In this document: one piece after another, positions 11,580-20,536 of the stretch
Layout: each line of letters opens with the position of its first letter
Numbering within the stretch: position 1 is the stretch's first letter
Source: Candidatus Multivorans sp.
GTDB taxonomy: Bacteria; Acidobacteriota; Thermoanaerobaculia; Multivoradales; Multivoraceae
Direction: 5' to 3'
NCBI GenBank assembly: GCA_965247095.1
Contig: OZ251997.1
Location: 4,000,001 to 4,064,000, forward strand
Length of the DNA: 64,000 bases
Translations under genes and position numbers: made by a program
Notes under the pieces: model-generated
Told to the model about the DNA's origin: nothing
Seen by the model: the letters and a program-made list of their open reading frames with translations, nothing else
The model's database searches: none

Positions 11580-12334
11580 TGGCGATTCTCAAGACCGAAG
11601 AGGAACTCGACCTGATGGATCGCGCCAACAGGATCGTTTTGGAGGTGCTGGCGTCGCTGGAGCAGCGGCTGCGCCCCGGGATGACCACACGTGAACTCGA
11701 TGTCCATGCGGAGACGGCGATTCGTGAGCGTGGCGGCCGGCCGGCGTTTCTCGGTTACCGCGGGTTTCCGGCCAGCCTGTGCACCTCGGTGAACGATGTG
11801 ATCGTCCACGGTATCCCGGACGACGTGCCTCTCAAGGAGGGAGACATCGTCAGCATCGACTGCGGCGTGGAGTTTTCGGGGTACTATGGCGACGCTGCGC
11901 GCACCTACCGTGTAGGTGCGGTCTCGGAGCAGGCCGCGCGCTTGCTGGAAGTCACTCGCCGGGCCCTGGATGTGGCTCTGGAATGCGTGGCGCCCGGCAG
12001 GTGGCTGCACGACATCGGTCGAGCGGTCGAGCGGTACGTCAAGGGTCACGGGTACTCCGTGGTTCGCGATTTCGTCGGTCACGGTATCGGTTCCGCACTA
12101 CATGAGGAACCGGAAGTGCCGAACCACCGCCGCCGGGGTCGTGGCATGGAGTTGCGGTCGGGAATGGTCTTGGCGATTGAGCCCATGGTCAACGCCGGAA
12201 GCCGGGCCGTGAAGATGGATGGAGATGGTTGGACGGCGAGAACGAAGGATGGATCGTTGTCGGCTCATTTTGAGCACTCGGTCGCGGTGACAAAGGCCGG
12301 AGCGCGCGTACTGGGCCAGGAGGCGGCGGCGTAG
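11579..12334 (+). CDS. map: Methionine aminopeptidase type I
   Basis: HGIP, GDIVSID, GHGIG, AIEPM, SAHFEHS; ATG overlaps adk stop. Confidence 0.98.
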   Translation: MAILKTEEELDLMDRANRIVLEVLASLEQRLRPGMTTRELDVHAETAIRERGGRPAFLGYRGFPASLCTSVNDVIVHGIPDDVPLKEGDIVSIDCGVEFSGYYGDAARTYRVGAVSEQAARLLEVTRRALDVALECVAPGRWLHDIGRAVERYVKGHGYSVVRDFVGHGIGSALHEEPEVPNHRRRGRGMELRSGMVLAIEPMVNAGSRAVKMDGDGWTARTKDGSLSAHFEHSVAVTKAGARVLGQEAAA

Positions 12335-12480
12335 AACGATGCGGAGCGAAGTTCGGAGACGCAGCCTCCTGGTGAGGTGGGGGATGGGCCCGCAGGACCT
12401 GCAGATTCTGGCCGAGGCTGCGAGGGGTTTGGCGGCGCTGGCGGCTTGAACGCAAGAGGAAGCAAGGGGACGAAGGGAAC

Positions 12481-12708
12481 TTGGGCGTGAAGAAGGAAGA
12501 GGCGATCGAGGTCGAGGCAACTGTGGTGGAAACACTGCCGAACGCAGTCTTCAAGGTCGAGCTTGACAACAAGCACCGGGCCTTGGCCCACATCTCGGGA
12601 AAGATGCGCAAGCACTTCATCCGGATTCTCCCGGGGGATCGCGTTCTGGTAGAACTCTCGCCCTATGACCCCGGCCGTGGCCGGATCGTGTACAGGCTGC
12701 GGACCTGA
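12481..12708 (+). CDS. infA: Translation initiation factor IF-1
   Basis: [28 protein letters not shown]. Confidence 0.98.
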   Translation: MGVKKEEAIEVEATVVETLPNAVFKVELDNKHRALAHISGKMRKHFIRILPGDRVLVELSPYDPGRGRIVYRLRT

Positions 12709-12737
12709 CGGTCGGTTCGGAATCGAAGGAGTCCATC

Positions 12738-12851
12738 ATGAAAGTGCGAGCGTCAGTGAAGAGAATGTGCGTGAAGTGCAAGGTGGTCCGGCGTCGCGGA
12801 GTGATCCGCGTCATCTGTGAGAACCCCAAGCACAAGCAGCGGCAGGGCTGA
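12738..12851 (+). CDS. rpmJ: 50S ribosomal protein L36 (Zn-ribbon, C+ form)
   Basis: Translated by hand: [37 protein letters not shown]; SD AAGGAG upstream; below the ORF-track cutoff. Confidence 0.98.
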   Translation: MKVRASVKRMCVKCKVVRRRGVIRVICENPKHKQRQG

Positions 12852-12872
12852 GAAGGACTGGAGAGAGCTGGA

Positions 12873-13253
12873 ATGGCGAGAATCGCAGGGATCGATCTAC
12901 CGCAGAACAAGCAGGTCGGCATCGGCCTCACCTACATCTACGGCATCGGCCGCTCACGGGCGCTGGTGCTGCTGGATCAGGCGGGTGTCGCCGCCGAGGT
13001 CAAGGTCAGGGATCTGACCGAGGACGAAACCGGGCGCATCCGCCGGGTCGTTCAGGAGGCGGGGTCGGTCGAGGGAGACCTGCGCAAGGAAGTGACCCAG
13101 AGCATCAAGCGTCTGATGGAGATCGGCAGTTACCGCGGTGTCAGACATCGCAAGGGCCTGCCCGTTCGAGGCCAGCGCACGCACACCAACGCGCGTACCC
13201 GCAAGGGACCGCGGCGGGCCACTGTGGCCAGCAAGAAGAAGGTCGGGAAGTAG
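12873..13253 (+). CDS. rpsM: 30S ribosomal protein S13
   Basis: [30 protein letters not shown]. Confidence 0.99.
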   Translation: MARIAGIDLPQNKQVGIGLTYIYGIGRSRALVLLDQAGVAAEVKVRDLTEDETGRIRRVVQEAGSVEGDLRKEVTQSIKRLMEIGSYRGVRHRKGLPVRGQRTHTNARTRKGPRRATVASKKKVGK

Positions 13254-13267
13254 AGAGAGGGCTTTAG

Positions 13268-13645
13268 ATGGCAAAGGCGAGGAAGAAGGAAAAGCGCGTG
13301 GTGCCCCACGCCGTGGCGCATGTCAATGCGACCTTCAACAACACGCTGGTCTGCATCAGCGATCCGGACGGCAACGTGCTGACCTGGTCGTCGTCGGGCC
13401 GAAACGGTTTCAAGGGGTCGCGAAAGGGGACGCCGTTCGCGGCGCAGGTGGCCGCGCAGGCGGTCGGCTATCAGGCCAAGGACCTCGGCGTGCGGTCGGT
13501 CGACGTGCTCGTCAAGGGTCCGGGAGGCGGTCGCGAATCGGCCGTCAGGGCTCTGCAGGCCACCGGCATCAACATCCGATCGATTCGCGACGTGACGCCG
13601 ATTCCGCACAACGGCTGCCGTGCCCGCAAGCGGCGTCGGGTCTGA
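13268..13645 (+). CDS. rpsK: 30S ribosomal protein S11
   Basis: [31 protein letters not shown]. Confidence 0.99.
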   Translation: MAKARKKEKRVVPHAVAHVNATFNNTLVCISDPDGNVLTWSSSGRNGFKGSRKGTPFAAQVAAQAVGYQAKDLGVRSVDVLVKGPGGGRESAVRALQATGINIRSIRDVTPIPHNGCRARKRRRV

Positions 13646-13722
13646 ACCCGGAATCGCAGCCGGTACCGCGCCGAGACATCAACGTTTCAACCTGGAACGC
13701 AATCGAGATTGTAGGAGTGAAC

Positions 13723-14709
13723 ATGCTCTGGAAGGGATTTCAACGCCCGAAGCGGATCGAAATCGATACCGAGACTCTGACCGACACGTATGGAAAGTTC
13801 TCGGCTCAGCCGTTCGAACGCGGCTTCGGTTCGACCGTGGCCAATGCACTGCGTCGTAGCCTCCTGTCGGCAATCGAGGGCGCCGCGATTACCGCGGTGC
13901 GGATCGACGGCGCGCTGCACGAGTTCTCTTCACTCGAAGGGGTGGTAGAGGACGTCACGGACATCATTCTGAACCTGAAACAGGTGCCGCTGCGGTCCTT
14001 CGACGGTACGACGCGCGTGATTACGATGGATGTGTCGGGCCCGCGCGAGGTGACCGCCGGTGACTTCAACGGCGACCCGAGCGTCGAGATTCGGGACCCG
14101 AACAGCAAGGTGGCGACGCTGAACGAACGGGGTCGGCTCCGCCTTGAGGCGCAGGTCAAGAACGGACGCGGGTACGTCGGCGCGGACCTCAACCTCGACG
14201 AGTCGATGGGGATCGGCTGGATACCGCTCGACTCCGTCCACAGTCCGGTGAAGCGCGTGAATTACCGCGTGGAAGCGGCGCGACTCGGCCGGACCACCGA
14301 CTACGAGCGACTGATCCTCGAGGTCTGGACGGACGGAACGGTGACGCCGGAAGAGGGAGTCGCCCGTGCCGGCGCCCTGTTGCGCGACCACCTTACGATC
14401 TTCATCGACGCCGAGGAGAGCCTTGTCGTCGAAGCGGCGGCCGAGGAGGAAGTCGATGGGGGCGACATCGGCACACTGCTCCAGAAGGAGATCGACGATC
14501 TGAACCTGAGTGTTCGTTCGGCGAACTGCCTGAGGAACGCGAACATCAACACGGTGGGCGACCTCGTCGTGCGGAGCGAGAAGGAGATGCTGGAGACGAA
14601 GAACTTCGGCCGCAAGTCGCTCAATGAGATTCAGGAGGTGCTCGACAGGATGGGGTTGTCCTTCGGCATGGAGGTTCCGGAGAACGCGGAGAGCGGCGTC
14701 CAGGCCTAG
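13723..14709 (+). CDS. rpoA: RNA polymerase subunit alpha
   Basis: [33 protein letters not shown]; ATG 13723 after AGGAG. Confidence 0.99.
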   Translation: MLWKGFQRPKRIEIDTETLTDTYGKFSAQPFERGFGSTVANALRRSLLSAIEGAAITAVRIDGALHEFSSLEGVVEDVTDIILNLKQVPLRSFDGTTRVITMDVSGPREVTAGDFNGDPSVEIRDPNSKVATLNERGRLRLEAQVKNGRGYVGADLNLDESMGIGWIPLDSVHSPVKRVNYRVEAARLGRTTDYERLILEVWTDGTVTPEEGVARAGALLRDHLTIFIDAEESLVVEAAAEEEVDGGDIGTLLQKEIDDLNLSVRSANCLRNANINTVGDLVVRSEKEMLETKNFGRKSLNEIQEVLDRMGLSFGMEVPENAESGVQA

Positions 14710-14752
14710 CGGCCGCTGGACCACTCTAGAGCTTTCCCGGGAAGGAGCGAAG

Positions 14753-15115
14753 ATGCGTCACGGAGTTGGCTACAAGAAACTCGGCCGGACCACGGCCCAC
14801 CGGCGGGCCATGTTCCGCAACATGCTCGCCTCCCTGGTCGTACACGGCCGGATCCGGACCACCCTGGCGAAGGCGAAGGCCCTTCGTCCGGTCGCCGAGA
14901 AGCTCGTCACCAGGAGCCGCGAGGACTCCGTCCACGCCCGGCGCCGGGTGCGCCGCTGGCTCCCCAATCGCGACCACGTCAAGAAGCTGTTCGACGAGAT
15001 CGCTCCCCGCTACGCTGACCGCCCCGGCGGCTACCTGCGCATCACCAAGCTCGGCCCCCGCCGCGGCGACGCCGCCGAACTGGCCGTCATCGAGTTCGTC
15101 GACACCGACGAGTAG
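14753..15115 (+). CDS. rplQ: 50S ribosomal protein L17
   Basis: [31 protein letters not shown]; SD AAGGAG. Confidence 0.99.
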   Translation: MRHGVGYKKLGRTTAHRRAMFRNMLASLVVHGRIRTTLAKAKALRPVAEKLVTRSREDSVHARRRVRRWLPNRDHVKKLFDEIAPRYADRPGGYLRITKLGPRRGDAAELAVIEFVDTDE

Positions 15116-15126
15116 CGGCCCTGGGA

Positions 15127-15196
15127 ACCCGGGTGGCGCGGTCCGCGCCACCCGCGACACACTCCGTGCGCCCGTCACCGGGCGCACGGATGACAC
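15127..15196 (+). repeat. 70-bp twin-hairpin element nested in a REP-like palindrome
   Basis: Same-length copies at 17965-18034 and inverted at 39834-39903; bounded by AC...AC. Confidence 0.85.
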
Positions 15197-15248
15197 GCGG
15201 GCGTCTCGCCCGCATCCGGAAACGGCGTGGCGCGGCGGCGTCGGTTGC

Positions 15249-15433
15249 ACCCGCCTGCAGCGGGCCGAAGGAGGGGGTCCCAGCGGCCGCTCGCGCTTTC
15301 GTGGTGAAAAGGGAAGGGTGCGCTCGCTTCGGTCGGCTGCGCTCCGGTTTGGCGTCAGACGATGAGTGGACGTCGGCCGTCGCTTGCCGACAGCCCGCTG
15401 GGACCCCCTCCTTCGGGCCACTGCAGGCTGGAC
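15249..15433 (+). repeat. ~185-bp structured repeat, copy 1
   Basis: Long terminal inverted repeats plus invariant core; 4 copies in window. Confidence 0.9.
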
Positions 15434-15569
15434 GTTGTCGGACGCCGAGGCGGGAGTCCGCGAGGTCGCCTTCATGCCGTTGGTACCGTAGAGTTGGCTT
15501 CGTCGCGACCCCGTTCGGGACCGCTGTTCGCCGGATCGCGCAGTGTGTTTCTCGCACTACACTGAGACC

Positions 15570-16439
15570 ATGGTAAAAGGAAGTTCACTCGTGAAGCCCC
15601 ACTTACTCCCCGCGCTAGCGCTGATAGTGGCGCTACCCGCCGATGCCTATGGCCAAGCGAAGCTCTCTCCCTCGTGGCTAGAGTGTTTCTCGCCCAGCGA
15701 GTGCGAGGTCCGCGTGTTTAGGGCTGGCTGGCACAATAGGAAGGGGCGTTTGCGACTACTCGCGGAACGGGCTGCTAGCACCTGTCAGGTGGCAGGGTAT
15801 TCGCACTATGTTGCAGGGGCGCCCATTAGCGACGTTCGGCACCTCATCCAGCGCGTGTACTTCACACACGACGATGCGCCGCCTGCTCGTCCCTGCTCGT
15901 TCTCCGCGAGTCCTGAACTTGAGGCTGAGGCCAAAGAGATGGCAAGGGTCAACGGTTACTCGTGGCCGGTGGGCCAGGTGCCACTCGAGACAGAACCGTC
16001 GTGGACCTTCGAGCCCGGGGAGAACGACTGGGGCGAGGCAGTGCCGTTCTTGGACGAGATCGCTTCGCCCTTCGTCTCTGCCTTGCGAAGTGACCAAGAT
16101 GACCTTGTCGGGAGTGTGTACCTGACGCGAGACTGCTCTGCCACCTTGACTGTAGGCCGACTCGGTGCTGAACCGGGCGATTGGTGGGCCTACACCGACG
16201 GTCAGTCCGGCTACGACGACCGAGTTTTGGAGGTCCGAGTAGATGGCGCTACGGTCAAGAATCAGGGCCAGCGAGTGACCATACCGACTGCTGGCCTAGT
16301 CGCGTCGAGTGAGCGAACTTTCGGCGTAGCTGTTCGATCTGCGGAGTACGAGGACAACGCAGCGTTCGAGTGGACCGTTGCCGACCGCGACCGGGCGACC
16401 ATAAAGAGACACTTCCCCCACTGCGTAGAGTCGCCTTGA
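15570..16439 (+). CDS. Hypothetical secreted protein
   Basis: ~290-codon ORF with signal-peptide-like N-terminus (KPHLLPALALIVALPADAYG) and atypical codon usage; start may be GTG 15591. Confidence 0.7.
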   Translation: MVKGSSLVKPHLLPALALIVALPADAYGQAKLSPSWLECFSPSECEVRVFRAGWHNRKGRLRLLAERAASTCQVAGYSHYVAGAPISDVRHLIQRVYFTHDDAPPARPCSFSASPELEAEAKEMARVNGYSWPVGQVPLETEPSWTFEPGENDWGEAVPFLDEIASPFVSALRSDQDDLVGSVYLTRDCSATLTVGRLGAEPGDWWAYTDGQSGYDDRVLEVRVDGATVKNQGQRVTIPTAGLVASSERTFGVAVRSAEYEDNAAFEWTVADRDRATIKRHFPHCVESP

Positions 16440-16771
16440 TCGTCAGCAGCTCCCACCAAGGGTCCCGGGCCTCACCCTCCGAGGGCGGGGCGCTATGGAA
16501 GAAGCGGCCTCAGGTCCTCTCCTACGGGCTCGTTTCGACGTAGAAGCGGCACACGACAGGTCGATTTTAGCGATGCCGGTCGGGCTCGGCTCCCGCAGAG
16601 GCGTCGCCGCCGAGCCTTTATCGAATCCGTCGGCGGCGACGAGTAGCTGGATGCGCGCCGATGGCGCCGCAGTCGCTGGAGTGTGGCGGCGTCGGTTACA
16701 CCCGCCTGCAGTGGACTTCTACTCAAGTCTCGTCCGAGGGTCAATGACCGAGGAGTGCATAGCCCGACGAC

Positions 16772-16954
16772 CTCCAGCCTGCTGTGGTCCGGGGAGAGGG
16801 TCCCAGGGGGCTGTCGGCAAGCGACGGCCCATGTCCCTCCATGAACCGACACCAAACCGGAGCGCAGCCGACCGAAGCGAACGCTCCCTTCCCTTTTCAC
16901 CCAGAAAGCGTGAGCGGCCCTTGGGACCCTCTCCCCGGACCGCAGCAGGCGGGT
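16772..16954 (-). repeat. ~185-bp structured repeat, copy 2 (inverted)
   Basis: Shares core CCGGAGCGCAGCCGACCGAAGCGA and terminal stem with copy 1. Confidence 0.9.
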
Positions 16955-16980
16955 ACCGCCGAGATGCTTCGGCCGGCTAG

Positions 16981-17304
16981 CTAGCTCGACGCCGCCGCTG
17001 GAGCGGCTCGAGCCGGATCTACTCTGATGGTGACCTTGGCATCGGCGTCCAGCGCGGCCAACATCTTCATCAGACGATCCAGCGTGAAGCGTCCGAGGTC
17101 GGCGTTGCGGATGCGAGAGAAGTCCGCCGCGGCGAACCCGCTCAGCTTCGCCGCTCTGCGTACGGTGAGCCCACCGTCGTCCAGCACGGCAATGATCCGC
17201 GTTGCGAGGACAGCCTTGGCCTGCTTGAGGTCGGCCTGAGGGTCGCCGAGGTCCCGGAAGATGTTCCCACTCCCGTGAATAAGCTCGATGTCTTCTTGAC
17301 TCAA
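16981..17304 (-). CDS. HTH (XRE) antitoxin, HigA-like
   Basis: GSGNIFRDLG, DFSRIRNADLGRFTLDRL; TTG start overlaps toxin stop (TTGA). Confidence 0.88.
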   Translation of the reverse strand: MSQEDIELIHGSGNIFRDLGDPQADLKQAKAVLATRIIAVLDDGGLTVRRAAKLSGFAAADFSRIRNADLGRFTLDRLMKMLAALDADAKVTIRVDPARAAPAAASS

Positions 17305-17651
17305 GGCAGTAGCTCCTTTCTCAGCCTTGTCAGACGCTTCCGGATCAGGTCGATCTCGCTCTTCGGGGTCCTGATGCCGGATTTCGACTTCTTCTGGTAC
17401 GCGTGGAGAACCCACAGGGACCCGGCCATCTGAGTCAGGTAGACGACCCGGTAGGCATCGGTCCGATAGCGAACGGCGATCTCCAACACACCGGAGCCGA
17501 GACCTGTGAGTGGCTTGGCGATGTCGGCCTTTCCTCCCTCCGCAGCGATTGTCAGGGCGGTGTTCATGCGGTCTCGAACGGTGCCCGGGAACTTCTCGTA
17601 GGCCTTTCGGGCTGCCCGAATCCACCCGATCGGCCGCGTGTCACCGTTCAC
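17301..17651 (-). CDS. RelE/ParE-family toxin, HigB-like
   Basis: KPLTGLGSGVLEI, AYRVVY, VLHAYQKKSK; toxin-first order. Confidence 0.9.
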   Translation of the reverse strand: MNGDTRPIGWIRAARKAYEKFPGTVRDRMNTALTIAAEGGKADIAKPLTGLGSGVLEIAVRYRTDAYRVVYLTQMAGSLWVLHAYQKKSKSGIRTPKSEIDLIRKRLTRLRKELLP

Positions 17652-17725
17652 CCCGGCATGTTGTCAGATATGACTACGCCTGTCAGCCCCCAACCCCCGG
17701 CTTAGCTGGTGAGCTTTGGCCATGA

Positions 17726-17953
17726 CCGGTTGCCGAGAAGATCATCACCCGGAGCCGCGAGGACTCCGTCCACGCCCGGCGACTGGTCCGTCGCTGGCTC
17801 CCCAATCGCGACCACGTCAAGAAGCTGTTCGACGAGATCGGGCCTCGCTTCGCCGACCGCCCCGGCGGCTACCTGCGCATCACCAAGCTCGGCCCCCGCC
17901 GCGGCGACGCCGCCGAACTGGCCGTCATCGAGTTCGTCGACACCGACGAATAG
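17726..17953 (+). pseudogene. rplQ: 5'-truncated second copy of rplQ (last 75 codons plus stop)
   Basis: 228 bp with 14 nt differences from 14888-15115; in-frame TGA directly upstream, no start codon. Confidence 0.95.
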
Positions 17954-17964
17954 CAGCCTTGGGG

Positions 17965-18034
17965 ACCCGGGTGGCGCGGTCCGCGCCACCCGCGACGCAC
18001 TCCGTGCGCCCGTCACCGGGCGCACGGATGACAC
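17965..18034 (+). repeat. 70-bp twin-hairpin element, copy 2
   Basis: Near-identical to 15127-15196. Confidence 0.85.
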
Positions 18035-18081
18035 CCGGGCGTCTCGCCCGCATCCGGAAGCGGCGCGACGGCGTCGGACCC

Positions 18082-18265
18082 ACCCGCCCGCAGCAGGCCG
18101 AAGGAGGGGGTCCCAGCGGCCGCTCGCGCTTTCTTGGTGAAAAGGGAAGGTTCGCTCGCTTCGGTCGGCTGCGCTCCGGTTTGGCGCCGGTTGATGAAGG
18201 GATATGGGCCGTCGCTTGCCGACAGCCCGCAGGGACCCCCTCCTTCGGCCCACTGCAGGCTGGAC
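18082..18265 (+). repeat. ~185-bp structured repeat, copy 3
   Basis: Aligns with copy 1. Confidence 0.9.
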
Positions 18266-18481
18266 GTTGTCGGGCACCGTGCCGACGGTAGGCGCACACC
18301 GGACGCTGCCTAGCGTTGGCGTCGAGAGCGCCCCACATCTTCATCAGCCGACTGCGGACGTAAGGCGAGAGTCCCTATTGGTCCACATTGTCGGCTTTCT
18401 GGCACGTGAGACGGGCATTTCCGTCAGCTAGTCGCTCAACTGGAGTTGCCCCGGTTTGGTGGACAGTTTGTGTTTAGGGAA

Positions 18482-19330
18482 TCAGGCGGCCTCTCGGTAC
18501 GCCTCTTCGAAGTTGACGGGTGAGCGTTGTCCGATCGCGGAATGGCGACGATGAGTATTGTACCAGCCCTCGATGTAGCGAAAGAGTTCCGCCTTCGCTT
18601 CGGCGTGATTTCGGAACGTTGTCTGGTCGAGCAGCTCGCACTCGAGGCTGGCGAAGAAGCTCTCGGCCATGGCGTTGTCGTAGCAATCTCCGACGGAACC
18701 CATCGAGAGTGCGATGCCGGCATCGCGGCAGCGGTTCCCGAACGTCAGGGAAGTGTACTGGCTGCCTTGATCGGAGTGGTGGATCACGCACTCGGGTCGC
18801 CGCTGGGCAATCGCCATCTCCAGAGCCCTGAGCACGAGGTCGGTTGCCAGAGAAGAGTTCATTGCCCAGCCGACGATTCGCCGACTGAATACGTCCAGGA
18901 CGATCGACAGGTACACGAACCCGGCAAGCGTCGGAACGTAAGTGATGTCCGCGACCCACAGTCGATCCGGGGTCTCAGCCACGAACTGCCGATCAACGAG
19001 GTCCGGCGCCGGGCGAACCGAAGCGGCGCGACGGGTCGTCGTCGGCCGTTTGCGGCGGCTGATGCCCGCCAGGCCGGACTCTCGCATCAGTCTGGCAACG
19101 CGCTTGCGGCTCACTGCGAACCCACAGTCGGCCAGTTCAGCCTGAATCCTCGGCGCCCCGTAGGTCCCTCGGCTCCGTTCGTGAATCGCCCGCACCCGCT
19201 CGGCGAGAGCGGTGTCCGACTTCTCCCTGGCCGACCGCGGGCGCTTCAGCCAGGCGTAGAACCCGCTCGTGGAGACGCCGAGCACGCGGGCCATCGTCGT
19301 GACGCGGAACTCGGCCTGGTGCGCTCTCAT
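18482..19330 (-). CDS. IS3 transposase OrfB (DDE integrase core)
   Basis: WVADITY, HHSDQGSQY, CYDNAMAESFF. Confidence 0.96.
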   Translation of the reverse strand: MRAHQAEFRVTTMARVLGVSTSGFYAWLKRPRSAREKSDTALAERVRAIHERSRGTYGAPRIQAELADCGFAVSRKRVARLMRESGLAGISRRKRPTTTRRAASVRPAPDLVDRQFVAETPDRLWVADITYVPTLAGFVYLSIVLDVFSRRIVGWAMNSSLATDLVLRALEMAIAQRRPECVIHHSDQGSQYTSLTFGNRCRDAGIALSMGSVGDCYDNAMAESFFASLECELLDQTTFRNHAEAKAELFRYIEGWYNTHRRHSAIGQRSPVNFEEAYREAA

Positions 19331-19635
19331 GAACCGGAAGACCCCTTCGGTTCCGTCTCCCGAGCGAACCAGGCCGTTGCTTTTGCCAGGATCTCCCGCT
19401 CTTCCCGCAGCCGGCGATTCTCCCGGCGCAGACGGCGCAACTCCTCACGCTCCGCCGTCGTGCTCCCGTCGCTGCGGCGACCCTCGTCCCGGTCCGCCTG
19501 GGCGACCCAGTTCCGGATCGACTGCGCTGACGACTCGAACTCGCGGGCTAGTTGGTCCGGGCTCCGCCCGGACCGGACCAGATCCACCATCTGCTGCCGG
19601 TACTCTGCTGGGTACCGGCTCCTTCTTCTCGACAT
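19327..19635 (-). CDS. IS3 transposase OrfA (HTH)
   Basis: YPAEYRQQMV, ELRRLRRENRRLREEREILAKA; ATGA overlap with orfB. Confidence 0.93.
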   Translation of the reverse strand: MSRRRSRYPAEYRQQMVDLVRSGRSPDQLAREFESSAQSIRNWVAQADRDEGRRSDGSTTAEREELRRLRRENRRLREEREILAKATAWFARETEPKGSSGS

Positions 19636-19982
19636 CGTGGATACCTCCTCTTCCAAGAATGAGGTGTCCACCAAAACGGGTCAAGCTCACCATCGAAGTG
19701 GATCAGGAGTTGGTTGGGCGCCAAAGGAAGTCTCGTATGAGAGCCGGATGGGACAGTACTCCTTGCTTCTCTCTCAGCCGGAACTCGATGCGGTCGCCGG
19801 GGCAACACGGGGATGAAGTTACGGGCGACCGCCGTGTGGCTGAGCTCCACGACCATGCCCGGATGGTAGCAACCTGCTTCGACCGAGATGGCTGCCTCGG
19901 TCCAGCAAGGGGCCGGGCCGCCCAACTCGGTCAGAGAGGATCGCCAGGATCGGCACTCCGGCCGGACGGTGGGTCTGACCCG

Positions 19983-20495
19983 CTACGCGCCGAAGCAGTC
20001 CAGGGCCAGCTCGGAGGTCTTCCGCTCGTGCCATCTGTGCGTGTAGTGCCGGCGAAGCGGCGTACTGCACCGATGGCCGACAGCGACCAGGATCTGCTCG
20101 AGCGAACTGAGTTGCTCGCGGAATCCCAGCATGATGCCGCATCGGAGGCTTGCGTTGTCGGGGCCGCAGAACAGCCAGTGGCTGTCGGTCCTGGTCACGG
20201 CGTGAGCCCAGAGAGATCTCTCCCCATCGTCTAGCTCGGGCAGGTCCGATCTGCTCATCTCCAGCGACGCGTAGTCGCGGTTGCTGACCGTATGGACCGC
20301 GTCGAGCGACTGGCGGAGTTGCTCGGGATCGATGTGCTGCTGGAAGTCCCGGTTCTGATGCCCGGTCTGCGTCTCGGACACGCAGACATCCGTGGTCTGC
20401 ACGCGGTATCCGCCCGCGAGAGCGGTCCATGCACTGGCGCGGTGACACTCGATGATGACGTTGGCGTCGACCAGTACGATGGAACGCTTGTGCAC
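19983..20495 (-). CDS. PIN-domain-like protein (putative nuclease/toxin)
   Basis: N-terminal VLVDANVII and LDDGERS motifs; lies downstream of the ImmA/IrrE gene. Confidence 0.72.
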   Translation of the reverse strand: MHKRSIVLVDANVIIECHRASAWTALAGGYRVQTTDVCVSETQTGHQNRDFQQHIDPEQLRQSLDAVHTVSNRDYASLEMSRSDLPELDDGERSLWAHAVTRTDSHWLFCGPDNASLRCGIMLGFREQLSSLEQILVAVGHRCSTPLRRHYTHRWHERKTSELALDCFGA

Positions 20496-20536
20496 GGTCT
20501 TCGATCAGGAACGAGCAGGTTGGAGACTCGGAGCGC

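Larger units (their letters stand above)
14888..15441 (+). repeat. ~550-bp direct repeat, copy A (rplQ 3' 228 bp plus downstream repeat block)
   Basis: Aligns by eye with 17726-18272. Confidence 0.95.
18441..19689 (-). mobile_element. IS3-family insertion sequence
   Basis: TG...CA ends; imperfect 25-bp IRs TGGAGTTGCCCCGGTTTGGTGGACA / TGAGCTTGACCCGTTTTGGTGGACA; orfA plus orfB. Confidence 0.93.

Noticed and set aside
13138-13722. Long N-terminal extension of rpoA (523-aa ORF), or a hidden rpsD
   Set aside because: Off-frame shadow over rpsM/rpsK with no S4 motifs; SD and homology place the start at 13723.
14888-17953. Diversity-generating retroelement TR/VR pair for rplQ or lexA duplicates
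   Set aside because: Differences are not adenine-specific and there is no reverse transcriptase in the window.
14726-18344. Similar 140-250 aa ORFs across the repeat blocks (e.g. KRGSVRFGRLRSGL)
   Set aside because: Translations of the GC-rich palindromic repeat in several frames; no coding signature.
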